The translations under genes and the position numbers were made by a program. DNA of 64,000 nucleotides, taken from contig CAZDWN010000004.1 of the NCBI GenBank assembly GCA_964509365.1, forward strand, positions 32,907-96,906. The letters run 5' to 3'. Numbering within the stretch: the first letter of the stretch is position 1; each line of letters opens with the position of its first letter. Positions 49,855 to 57,996 of the stretch are shown one piece after another. The notes below the pieces were generated by a model. The model worked only from the letters and a program-made list of their open reading frames with translations. It had not been told where the DNA came from and made no database searches. This DNA is from an uncultured Pseudomonadales bacterium. Lineage in GTDB: Bacteria; Patescibacteriota; Microgenomatia; UBA1400; UBA12028.

Positions 49855-50044
49855 GGAACTACAACACAAGGCAAAAGTACAGGCAGCGATAGAACACAGT
49901 TCGCCACTTCCACAGTGGTCGAGGCCCTTTGTATCGATCGTAGGTCTTCACTATTGGCAGTTTTTGCTAGGCGTCTCATTTGTCGTCGCGATGATCATTT
50001 GTATTTGGTTCTTCCCAGGAGTCTATGCCCACAATTCTCTCTAA
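49832..50044 (+). CDS. Putative anti-sigma factor (small single-TM protein)
   Basis: 71 aa. Overlaps the sigma gene's 3' end by 23 nt. Cytoplasmic N-terminus then one TM (FVSIVGLHYWQFLLGVSFVVAMIICIWFF). Confidence 0.42.
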   Translation: MNEPQFLEELQHKAKVQAAIEHSSPLPQWSRPFVSIVGLHYWQFLLGVSFVVAMIICIWFFPGVYAHNSL

Positions 50045-50339
50045 AAGCACTGGCTTAGGATATGGAGTGATGGCTACGATCCTCGGGGTACTTACGCATC
50101 CATACCAAACCATGCAAAAAGTGGTTTCAAAAGATATCCCAATTGGATTTGTCTTTTTCCCAGCGGTTTTTTGCCTCATCGGTTGGCTTTTCGCTCATGA
50201 GTTATCGTCTCTACTGCTCGCCATTCTTCCTCTGATCGGATTTTGGTGGTTCCTCGAGTGTTGGTGGCTGTCTTTTTGGGGTCTTTGGCAAGTCACCCTC
50301 ATCTATCTCTTCTGGCGCTTTTCTTCGAGTTTGCATTGA
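50025..50339 (+). CDS. Hypothetical small membrane protein (3 TM)
   Basis: Hydrophobic ORF directly after the anti-sigma candidate. Confidence 0.35.
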   Translation: MPTILSKSTGLGYGVMATILGVLTHPYQTMQKVVSKDIPIGFVFFPAVFCLIGWLFAHELSSLLLAILPLIGFWWFLECWWLSFWGLWQVTLIYLFWRFSSSLH

Positions 50340-50606
50340 ATGAATCTTCAGTGAATGATTTTCAGCAAAAATTGCGACTATTGTCTTGTCTATGCAAATT
50401 TCACGCCATTGGCGACTGAACGCTGTGCGCTACCGTCTCCAAGGTGTCCGCTATGAAAATGGTGAGACTAGTCTACAAAATAGGCCCGGTGGTCCATCTG
50501 AGGCGGAAGTTGAGTGGGCAGTGACTGTTGCCCGAAATTTATCAAAATTGAATGATTTCAGAGATTTGAACCCTGAGGGCGCTCGTAATGGAAAAGAAAG
50601 TGCGGC

Positions 50607-51146
50607 ATGAATCTCGATCAAGTCATATTAGTCGACGAACTTGATCATGAAATTGGTGTGATGGATAAGCTTGAGGCACACAGGGGAGCAGGAAAATTAC
50701 ATCGAGCCAGTAGTGTGTTTTTATTCAACGCCGGAGGAAAGCTGTTGATCCAGCAGCGAAGCAGCAAAAAGATAGTCGGTGCGGGTCAATGGGCGAATAC
50801 GTGTTGCGGTAATGTACGGCCAGGTGAATCGTATCTTGAATGTGCACAACGTCGATTGCATGAAGAGTTAGGAATAAGTATTGGTAGAGACGAGTCTCTG
50901 ACTCGTCTCCAAGAAATCACCAAGTTCATGTATCAGACGCAATGTAACGACGAGTTTAGTGAGTATGAGATGGATACCGTTTTTGTCGGCAAATACGATG
51001 GAGAAGTCTATCCAAATCCAGATGAAGTTGCAGAGGTTAAGTGGATCGATTTAAAAGATTTATTACGACAGATTCCGCTTGCTCCTTGGGTACAAATTAT
51101 GGGAAATAAAAGTATTCTAGTAAAAATTCAGGAGAAAATATGTTGA
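50607..51146 (+). CDS. idi: Isopentenyl-diphosphate delta-isomerase, type 1 (Nudix)
   Basis: VILVDELDHEIG, HRASSVFLFN, WANTCCGN and Nudix box RRLHEELGI. Confidence 0.8.
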   Translation: MNLDQVILVDELDHEIGVMDKLEAHRGAGKLHRASSVFLFNAGGKLLIQQRSSKKIVGAGQWANTCCGNVRPGESYLECAQRRLHEELGISIGRDESLTRLQEITKFMYQTQCNDEFSEYEMDTVFVGKYDGEVYPNPDEVAEVKWIDLKDLLRQIPLAPWVQIMGNKSILVKIQEKIC

Positions 51147-51337
51147 ACGAAAGAATAGTCACTAGAGTTGACGGAACAGATATTGTTACAGTCGAACCCA
51201 TCTCAGCGGAGATGGCAATAATTGTCGCAAATTCACAACTGTATGCAATGGCTTTGAACGGTGAAGTTCCTGAAATTGAAGGTATGGATATTGAAGAAAT
51301 GAGGAAATCGGTTAAGAGTATCGAAGCAATGGACTGA
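51140..51337 (+). CDS. Hypothetical small protein (65 aa)
   Basis: Fills the gap exactly between idi and the kinase gene. Confidence 0.35.
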   Translation: MLNERIVTRVDGTDIVTVEPISAEMAIIVANSQLYAMALNGEVPEIEGMDIEEMRKSVKSIEAMD

Positions 51338-51338
51338 T

Positions 51339-52142
51339 ATGAAATCACTCACACTTCTCAAACTCGGTGGTGCGGTCATCACCAACAAAGAAATTCCAGA
51401 ATCGGTCAGAGAAGATGTCCTTTCTCGGCTCGTTGATGAGATTGCAAAAGCATGGGCGAAGAGACCAGGCACATTTATCTTGGGCAATGGCGCAGGTAGC
51501 TTTGCGCATGTCCCTGCGAGTCGCTATAAGACAATCAATGGCTTTATCCATGAGGAGAGCGCTATTGGCATGGCGATCACACAAGATGCAGCAGCAAGAC
51601 TCAATCGCATGGTCGTCAGGTCACTCATTGAAGCTGGAGTGCCTGCCGTCTCTGTCGCTCCTTCAAGCATCATTCTCGCTGATCAGACACATCCGAAAAC
51701 CTGGTATGGAGACGTCCTCATCAATCATCTCAAGCGAGGGCTCTTACCGGTGGTCTTCGGGGATGTGATCGCAGATGCTTCGCAAGGTTGCACGATCTGG
51801 TCTACCGACACCGTTTTTTCTTTCTTGAGTAGAGAGTTGCCGGCACTTGGATACAATGTGCGAGACATCATCCATGTGACTGAGGCCGGAGGAGTCTGGA
51901 AGGATTCTCAGACAAAAGAAATTTTCCCGATGATTACACTCTCTATGAGAGAAGAAGTGCGAGGTTCAATGACGGACGTCAAAGGGTTTGATGTCACTGG
52001 TGGGATGTGGCATAAGATTCAAGAAGCATTGAGTCTAGCGGAGATGGGGATACAAACACGAATTGTGAGCGGAACCGAGCAAAAAGTCGTATACAATACA
52101 CTTCTTGGTGATGTCTCTTTTGGTACTGTCATTACAAAGTAA
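51339..52142 (+). CDS. Isopentenyl phosphate kinase (amino-acid-kinase fold)
   Basis: LKLGGAVITNK N-terminus and VTGGM motif. Operon context with idi and uppS. Confidence 0.65.
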   Translation: MKSLTLLKLGGAVITNKEIPESVREDVLSRLVDEIAKAWAKRPGTFILGNGAGSFAHVPASRYKTINGFIHEESAIGMAITQDAAARLNRMVVRSLIEAGVPAVSVAPSSIILADQTHPKTWYGDVLINHLKRGLLPVVFGDVIADASQGCTIWSTDTVFSFLSRELPALGYNVRDIIHVTEAGGVWKDSQTKEIFPMITLSMREEVRGSMTDVKGFDVTGGMWHKIQEALSLAEMGIQTRIVSGTEQKVVYNTLLGDVSFGTVITK

Positions 52143-52152
52143 AGTCTCTCCT

Positions 52153-52830
52153 ATGTCACTTCCACAACACGTCGCGATCATCATGGACGGAAATCGTCGC
52201 TGGGCAAAGCAAAATAAAATGAAAGCCCTGCAAGGGCACTCCTATGTGGTGGATCACTGTATCGAACCATTGGTTGATCGCTGTATCGCACTCGGCATCC
52301 CATATCTGACTCTCTGGGCATTCAGCTCGGAAAACTGGCATCGCGACAAAGAAGAAGTCGCTGGCCTGATGCAGATCTTTCGCAGAGCGTTTTCAAAGAA
52401 AGTGGAAGACTTGCACAAAAAAGGAGTCAAATTGGGAATTATTGGCGATATTGATGCATTTCCAAAAGATATCGCTGACAACGCGAAAGAGTGGGTAGCT
52501 ATCAGCCAAAAGAATACGAAAATAACGGTAAATTTTGCACTAAACTATGGAGGAAGATCAGAGATACTACGCGCCGTTGCCAAACTATCAATGAATAACG
52601 AACAAGTAACAACGGAGAATTTTGAAAAGCATTTATACACGGCAGGAATGCCAGATCCAGATTTATTGATTCGCCCAGGAGGAGAGAAGCGAATGTCTGG
52701 TTTTATGCCTTGGCAAACGGTGTATACAGAGCTGTACTTCACTGACACACTCATGCCGGACTTTGGTCCGGAAGAGCTTGATCTTGCGATAGAAGAATAC
52801 CAGTCTCGACAACGACGATTTGGAAAATGA
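52153..52830 (+). CDS. uppS: Undecaprenyl diphosphate synthase (cis-prenyltransferase)
   Basis: HVAIIMDGNRRWA, WAFSSENWHR, IRPGGEKRMSGFMPWQ. Confidence 0.9.
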   Translation: MSLPQHVAIIMDGNRRWAKQNKMKALQGHSYVVDHCIEPLVDRCIALGIPYLTLWAFSSENWHRDKEEVAGLMQIFRRAFSKKVEDLHKKGVKLGIIGDIDAFPKDIADNAKEWVAISQKNTKITVNFALNYGGRSEILRAVAKLSMNNEQVTTENFEKHLYTAGMPDPDLLIRPGGEKRMSGFMPWQTVYTELYFTDTLMPDFGPEELDLAIEEYQSRQRRFGK

Positions 52831-52831
52831 G

Positions 52832-53416
52832 CTACAAGATGCTGATTCCAAAAATAGTTTGCACCAGTTGTGCGATCCAATAGGAGGAGAAGAGCAAAAT
52901 AAAGCCGATGATCGCTGCATTGATGCGCTGTTTCCCCGCTTCTTGAGATTTCGGATTCGCTGCTCCAGTCAACATCTCAAATCCTCCCCATATCAACATA
53001 ATAAACAGGATCAACCCTCCAAATGTCATCAAATAGGGAAGCAATCGGCTGAGAATTCCACGAGGAGTGGTCAAATCTGCATTTGGCGTCCCTCCAAAAA
53101 TTGATGCATTTAAACTGTCCAATGTCGCCGCATTAAGACCAACGCCTCCTCCTCCAGGTGCTTGACCAAATTGTTGGCAAAGCTGAGATGGTGTGGGTGG
53201 GCCGCAATAATACGCAGTGGTTCCGTCGGGGCACGTAGTCGTTTGAAGCGTACAAGTCGCTGGAATTGGATTACCGTTTGGACCAGTAATCGTCTGCAGG
53301 CAGGTAATTGGAGCAGTTGACCAGCTACCACAATTTCCTGCTGCGGCGCTGACTCGTTGAGTAGTTGAAAGAAGGACGAGTAAGGCAAGTACGCAGCTAA
53401 TACAGAATCTTCTCAT
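52832..53416 (-). CDS. T4SS pilin-like protein, paralog 9, with Cys-rich N-terminal extension
   Basis: Signal peptide, about 100 aa Cys/Pro-rich region, then pilin core LIWGGFEMLTGAANPKSQEAGKQRINAAIIGFILL. Confidence 0.7.
   Translation of the reverse strand: MRRFCISCVLALLVLLSTTQRVSAAAGNCGSWSTAPITCLQTITGPNGNPIPATCTLQTTTCPDGTTAYYCGPPTPSQLCQQFGQAPGGGGVGLNAATLDSLNASIFGGTPNADLTTPRGILSRLLPYLMTFGGLILFIMLIWGGFEMLTGAANPKSQEAGKQRINAAIIGFILLFSSYWIAQLVQTIFGISIL
52971..53039. repeat. Near-identical 69-bp segment (66/69) shared with 53596..53664
   Basis: caacatctcaaatcctccccatatcaacataataaacaggatcaaccctccaaatgtcatcaaataggg compared with copy 2. Flanks diverge but stay protein-similar. Confidence 0.8.
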
Positions 53417-53457
53417 ACCTGTAGCGTACAGGATTTTGCGTGCCTTGAAAAGCCGAT

Positions 53458-53799
53458 TTATAGAATAGAAATGCCGAAGATCGTTTGCACCAGTTGTGCC
53501 AACCAGTAAGACGAGAAGAGTAAGATAAAGCCAATGAGTGCCGACGTGATCCTCGATTTGCCTGCTTGTTGGGCTTTTGGGTCGGCAGCTCCTCCCAACA
53601 TCTCAAACCCTCCCCAGATCAACATGATAAACAGGATCAACCCTCCAAATGTCATCAAATAGGGGAGTAGTTCTGAGAGGATGCCTCTTGGCGTGCTAAA
53701 AGTAGTCGCCTTGGCTGCATCAGGTACGAGCTCAGTATTGAGAGCATCCAGACACCCCTTCGTCAACGTGTCACAGGCAGCTGCTATGAGATTTGGCAT
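53458..53799 (-). CDS. T4SS pilin-like protein, paralog 10 (recent duplicate of paralog 9 core)
   Basis: C-terminal 77 aa about 85 percent identical to paralog 9 (PRGILSELLPYLMTFGGLILFIMLIWGGFEML...). Confidence 0.7.
   Translation of the reverse strand: MPNLIAAACDTLTKGCLDALNTELVPDAAKATTFSTPRGILSELLPYLMTFGGLILFIMLIWGGFEMLGGAADPKAQQAGKSRITSALIGFILLFSSYWLAQLVQTIFGISIL
53596..53664. repeat. Second copy of the 69-bp near-identical segment
   Basis: See 52971..53039. Confidence 0.8.
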
Positions 53800-53822
53800 A
53801 TATAAGGGTATTTTACCATTCT

Positions 53823-54992
53823 TTATGTCCCAAAGCCTGGAATCTGGAGAATTGTCACTCCGATGAAGCGCAGAATGATGATCGAGAAAATGACAAACAA
53901 GAGACCCATGATCGCACTCGTGATCATTTCTTGCCCCTCTTTGACTCGCGTCGGATCGCCACTACTTGTCGTCAGTAGGAATGCGCCGTACAGGATTGAG
54001 AGAAGCACGAAGCCTCCGGAGATCCCCATGCCAATGCGAATGAAAGACGTGACAATGCCTTCCTTTGTTGTTCCCACACATCCAAACGCAGTCCAGTACT
54101 CCCCATTGTTAAAACAATTTTGGCATAGAGTCTTATCGTTACCGGTTGCCTGATCACACAAAACGAAAGGAGCCGCAGTCGTCCCTGTTCCTGAATTACC
54201 GTTTCCTGGATTTGTAGGGACTGTTGTCCCACTATTTGGATCATAGGCAAGATTAATTGAGCAGTATCCTTGGATTCCTCCAGCTTGAATTATCGAGATT
54301 GTTGTCGTTTTCAAAGGATCAATAGCGAACGATTTTGAGACAGTTCCGGAACTGCTTGTGAAATTACTAGAAAACTGGTACGTCGCACCCGTCTGTGCAA
54401 GACGAATCTGGTATGACTTGGAGTCTTTTATGCCGCTGGCGTTGTATGTCGTCGTAACCGAAGTTGTACTAGCAAGGATTGGATTTGGTGAATAGGCTAA
54501 ACTGCTGCAATCAGGAGTAATCACTGTGCTAGATATATCACTGATGCTGAACGCATTCTCAAACTTGCACAAATCTTGAGCTGTAGAGCCAATTGTTCCT
54601 CGCAGGACCAGGTAGTAGTCTGCAGACGTTCCGGCATTTGCAGGCTTTATCGTATCTATTGGCACTGGAGCTGTAACGGTCTTTCCATCAGTCGAAAGTG
54701 TGGCTGTTCTCTTTGAACAATAGCCGAATGTATCGCCATTCAAACATGCCCAAATTTCAAAATTAGACGCGGTTGACTGCCAATTTGGCGTTGTTGGGGT
54801 AAAAGTGAATTGAACGTTTGAACCCGGCCCGTAGTCTGCAGGTACTGTTGAATCGGAAGAATAAGTCTTTGTCGTCCCAGCAGCTGGACTCAAAGAACAG
54901 TTAAAAACCTGAGCAGAAACAATGTAATCGGAGTGCAAGAAAACAAGAGACAGAATCAAGACTACAAAGATAGCTTTTATTTTGGCCCCCAT
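53823..54992 (-). CDS. Large pilin-like protein (389 aa). Signal peptide, about 280-aa Ser/Thr/Cys-rich extracellular domain (adhesin-like), C-terminal T4SS-pilin module.
   Basis: C-terminus LLSILYGAFLLTTSSGDPTRVKEGQEMITSAIMGLLFVIF matches the pilin core pattern. Eight-plus Cys in the N-domain. Confidence 0.62.
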   Translation of the reverse strand: MGAKIKAIFVVLILSLVFLHSDYIVSAQVFNCSLSPAAGTTKTYSSDSTVPADYGPGSNVQFTFTPTTPNWQSTASNFEIWACLNGDTFGYCSKRTATLSTDGKTVTAPVPIDTIKPANAGTSADYYLVLRGTIGSTAQDLCKFENAFSISDISSTVITPDCSSLAYSPNPILASTTSVTTTYNASGIKDSKSYQIRLAQTGATYQFSSNFTSSSGTVSKSFAIDPLKTTTISIIQAGGIQGYCSINLAYDPNSGTTVPTNPGNGNSGTGTTAAPFVLCDQATGNDKTLCQNCFNNGEYWTAFGCVGTTKEGIVTSFIRIGMGISGGFVLLSILYGAFLLTTSSGDPTRVKEGQEMITSAIMGLLFVIFSIIILRFIGVTILQIPGFGT

Positions 54993-55093
54993 ACCCTCTA
55001 ATTTTACCTCCTAATGCTCAATGAGCCAAGGGTGTAACTTTGATCACGCATTTTCGGGTGGGAATGCACTCTCAACTACGCTAGAATGGCTAC

Positions 55094-56887
55094 GTGACTG
55101 CCAAACGACTTTCCCGAGTACTTCTGACTGTAACCCTCTTATTCTTGGGTATTTTTTGGGGCAAGTTGCAGAACTCGGAGATCGGGTTTGATACCGCATT
55201 TTCGCTGTTCCATTTTGCATACCATGTGCCGATCGTGCGAGCTGACGAAATTGACGATCTCCAACATCAAATTGATGAACTCGCGAAACTTAAAAAACTC
55301 TCTGAGGATGCGACCACTCCACTTGAGAAGCAAGTCTCAGATCTCAACTCCAAGATCATCAATGCGCAGCGGGGGATAGCCTCAGCGCAGAAGCAGTCTG
55401 AAGATGCGGGGAAGCAGATTGAGAGCCGAGAAAAAACGATCGGGAGTGTGTACAGCATTTTTTCTGCTCGTGTCGCTGAGAAATATCGTACCAAAGGGAA
55501 AATCGATCCTTTCGTGGTTTTTCTCTCGAGTAAAGATCTCTCAACGCTGACAAACACACTCACCTACCAATTTAAAGCTGCGCAACAAGACTCGCAAGAA
55601 TTGACTCGTCTCGCCACAGAAATTCAGTCGCTGGAATCTGACAAGAAAAAGTATGAGGAGACGAAATTGCGACTCGCGGTCCTCCAAAAAAGTCTTGATA
55701 GTAGTGCCTCATTCTTTAAGGGTGAGATCGCAAAAGCAAAAGCGTATCAAAAAGATTTGGCTGGAAAAATGGCAGCACTTTCAGCCAAGCAGCAGCAAAT
55801 CTTAGCGGAACGAAGTGGGACGGCGACGACAGCAGTAGGTGACGTCCCGTTGGCGGACGATCCTGCGAGTCAACCCGGATACAATCCAGGGTTCTCTCCA
55901 GCGTTCGCTGTATTTTCATTTGGAGCTCCTCACTTTAAAGGACTCTCGCAATATGGAGCATTTGGACGCGCAAAAAGTGGACAAAATGCTGAGACAATTC
56001 TGCGAGCATATTATGGGAGCGGAGTTGATCTCAAGAAAGATTATTCGACGGGGATTCAGATCAAAGTGACTGGATACGGTACTGTCGACATCGAGACATA
56101 CGTCAAGCGAATCTATGAGATGCCATCATCCTGGGGAGATCAAGGAGGGCTAGAAGCTCTCAAAGCGCAGGCAGTCGCAGCGAGGTCGTATGTCTTGGCT
56201 GTGACAAACAATGGCGCTAGCAGTATCTGTGCGACAGAGGCATGTCAGGTGTACAAACCAAGCAACAAGGGAGGGAAGTGGGACCAAGCGGTCGACGAGA
56301 CTCGTGGATGGGTGCTGCAGGCGGGAGGGAAACCAATGGTGGCGTACTATGCCTCAACCTCAGGTGGATACCAACAGTCATACACGACCAATGGATATAC
56401 CACTCCTGGATTTTGGGATACAACCAGCGATTGGTCACATTGGGCTGACGGTGCGTATGAAGGAGTCGGAAAGGGAAGTAGTCCATGGTTTTACAAGGCG
56501 TGGTATCGCAGTCGAGGAGGAGACAGTTGTGGGAGATCACATCCTTGGCTCACGCAATCAGAATTTGCAGACATTCTCAATGCTTGGCAAGTCTTGACGA
56601 ATGGTGGCGACTCGTCGAGGGTCACTCCGATGGGGTCGTGTAATGGAGGCAATCCATTTTCAATGGACGAGCTTAAATCGCAGGCAGATTCTCATGGAGG
56701 TTCATTTACGAGCGTTTCCTCGATACGTGTCGAGCACGGGAGTAATGGATTTACAAAGTCTGTCGTGGTGCAGACAAATCGAGGCGAGATCAGGATACCC
56801 GGCGATCAGTTTAAGACGGCGTTCAATTTGCGAGCACCAGGACGAATCTCAGTCAAAGGGAACTTGTTTAGCGTGGAAAAGAAATAA
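55094..56887 (+). CDS. SpoIID/LytB-domain protein with N-terminal anchor and coiled-coil region
   Basis: Hallmark EALKAQAVAARSYVLA and YYASTSGGYQQS motifs of PF08486. 200-aa coiled-coil N-terminal half. Confidence 0.78.
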   Translation: MTAKRLSRVLLTVTLLFLGIFWGKLQNSEIGFDTAFSLFHFAYHVPIVRADEIDDLQHQIDELAKLKKLSEDATTPLEKQVSDLNSKIINAQRGIASAQKQSEDAGKQIESREKTIGSVYSIFSARVAEKYRTKGKIDPFVVFLSSKDLSTLTNTLTYQFKAAQQDSQELTRLATEIQSLESDKKKYEETKLRLAVLQKSLDSSASFFKGEIAKAKAYQKDLAGKMAALSAKQQQILAERSGTATTAVGDVPLADDPASQPGYNPGFSPAFAVFSFGAPHFKGLSQYGAFGRAKSGQNAETILRAYYGSGVDLKKDYSTGIQIKVTGYGTVDIETYVKRIYEMPSSWGDQGGLEALKAQAVAARSYVLAVTNNGASSICATEACQVYKPSNKGGKWDQAVDETRGWVLQAGGKPMVAYYASTSGGYQQSYTTNGYTTPGFWDTTSDWSHWADGAYEGVGKGSSPWFYKAWYRSRGGDSCGRSHPWLTQSEFADILNAWQVLTNGGDSSRVTPMGSCNGGNPFSMDELKSQADSHGGSFTSVSSIRVEHGSNGFTKSVVVQTNRGEIRIPGDQFKTAFNLRAPGRISVKGNLFSVEKK

Positions 56888-57001
56888 GCTTGCAATCAGT
56901 TTTGCAGTACTCGTGTCGTCCAGTGAGGACATACCTGCGTGCTGAAAACTTGGATTGCTTCGCTTGTTTTTAATGAAGTCTAGTTGGGGTATAATAGTCA
57001 A

Positions 57002-57688
57002 ATGCCAGATATTTTTGACGCATCCAAGTCAGTGAAATCCATGAGTACTCTTCCAAAGAAGTCTGCAGCCCAACAAGTTAGCGAGGCGGAACAGTACAGC
57101 AGCGTCCTTCGTGATTCTCCATCCTCAAACAGCCCGTTGGCCTCATACTGTCCCAAACCGCTTGGTGTCGGTTTTGATATCCAACATGATGACGAGCCAG
57201 TACTTCTCATGCTGAGACAGCATCCGATTGTAAATATTACTTGGATATTGCTCACTATACTTTTGCTGATTGCCCCAGTTGTCATCCTCCCGTTTGCTCC
57301 ATTTTTAGACTTTCTGCCGGGTAACTATCAGTTTATTGCCATCCTCGGATGGTACATCATGGTGTTTGGATACGCACTTGAACAGTTCCTCATCTGGTTT
57401 TTCAATATTTACATCGTAACTGACGAGCGCGTGATTGATTTTGATTTTTATAACTTACTGTTTAAAAAAGTGAGTGAAGCAAAGATTGAAAACATCGAAG
57501 ATATTACCACTTCAAACAATGGCCTATTACAGTCAATCGTCGATTTTGGGGATATCCGGATTCAGACTGCTGCCGAGATACCAGAAATCGAATTTGAACG
57601 CGTCCCACACCCAGATATGGTAGCCAAATTCTTGAGCGAGATGATCGTTCAGGAAGAGCAGGAACGACTGGAAGGGAGAGTGCGCTAA
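57002..57688 (+). CDS. Bacterial PH-domain (bPH_2/YdbS-like) membrane protein
   Basis: Two TM helices followed by IVTDERVIDFDF...GDIRIQTAAEIPEIEFERVPHP, typical of bPH_2. Confidence 0.6.
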   Translation: MPDIFDASKSVKSMSTLPKKSAAQQVSEAEQYSSVLRDSPSSNSPLASYCPKPLGVGFDIQHDDEPVLLMLRQHPIVNITWILLTILLLIAPVVILPFAPFLDFLPGNYQFIAILGWYIMVFGYALEQFLIWFFNIYIVTDERVIDFDFYNLLFKKVSEAKIENIEDITTSNNGLLQSIVDFGDIRIQTAAEIPEIEFERVPHPDMVAKFLSEMIVQEEQERLEGRVR

Positions 57689-57689
57689 T

Positions 57690-57959
57690 ATGAATTCCCC
57701 TATGCCTCAATTTTTCAATACAATTTTTGACCCTACGAGTCCAGTCCTTATTTCAGGGAATTTCCTGTTGATGATCCTCAAAGGAATGTTTCTGATTGGC
57801 TTTGGCCTCTATGTCATCTTTGCTTTCGCAGTCCTCCGTCAAAGTGCTTTGATGACTCGGAGTGTCCAGACTGGTTACAATTTATTGCTCACTCTTTTTG
57901 GTTGGCTTCATCTTGCTGCCGCAATTGCTGTGTGGCTATTTGCATTCTTCACACTCTAA
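57690..57959 (+). CDS. Hypothetical small membrane protein (2 TM)
   Basis: 89-aa hydrophobic ORF. 1-nt spacing from the upstream gene. Confidence 0.45.
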   Translation: MNSPMPQFFNTIFDPTSPVLISGNFLLMILKGMFLIGFGLYVIFAFAVLRQSALMTRSVQTGYNLLLTLFGWLHLAAAIAVWLFAFFTL

Positions 57960-57996
57960 CTAGCACTTTTTTGATCTCCTTTGCTATGATGAACGC

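Noticed and set aside
50386-50610. 74-aa ORF upstream of idi
   Set aside because: Non-ATG start and Arg/Gly-rich composition with no features. More likely the promoter or 5' UTR region of the idi operon.
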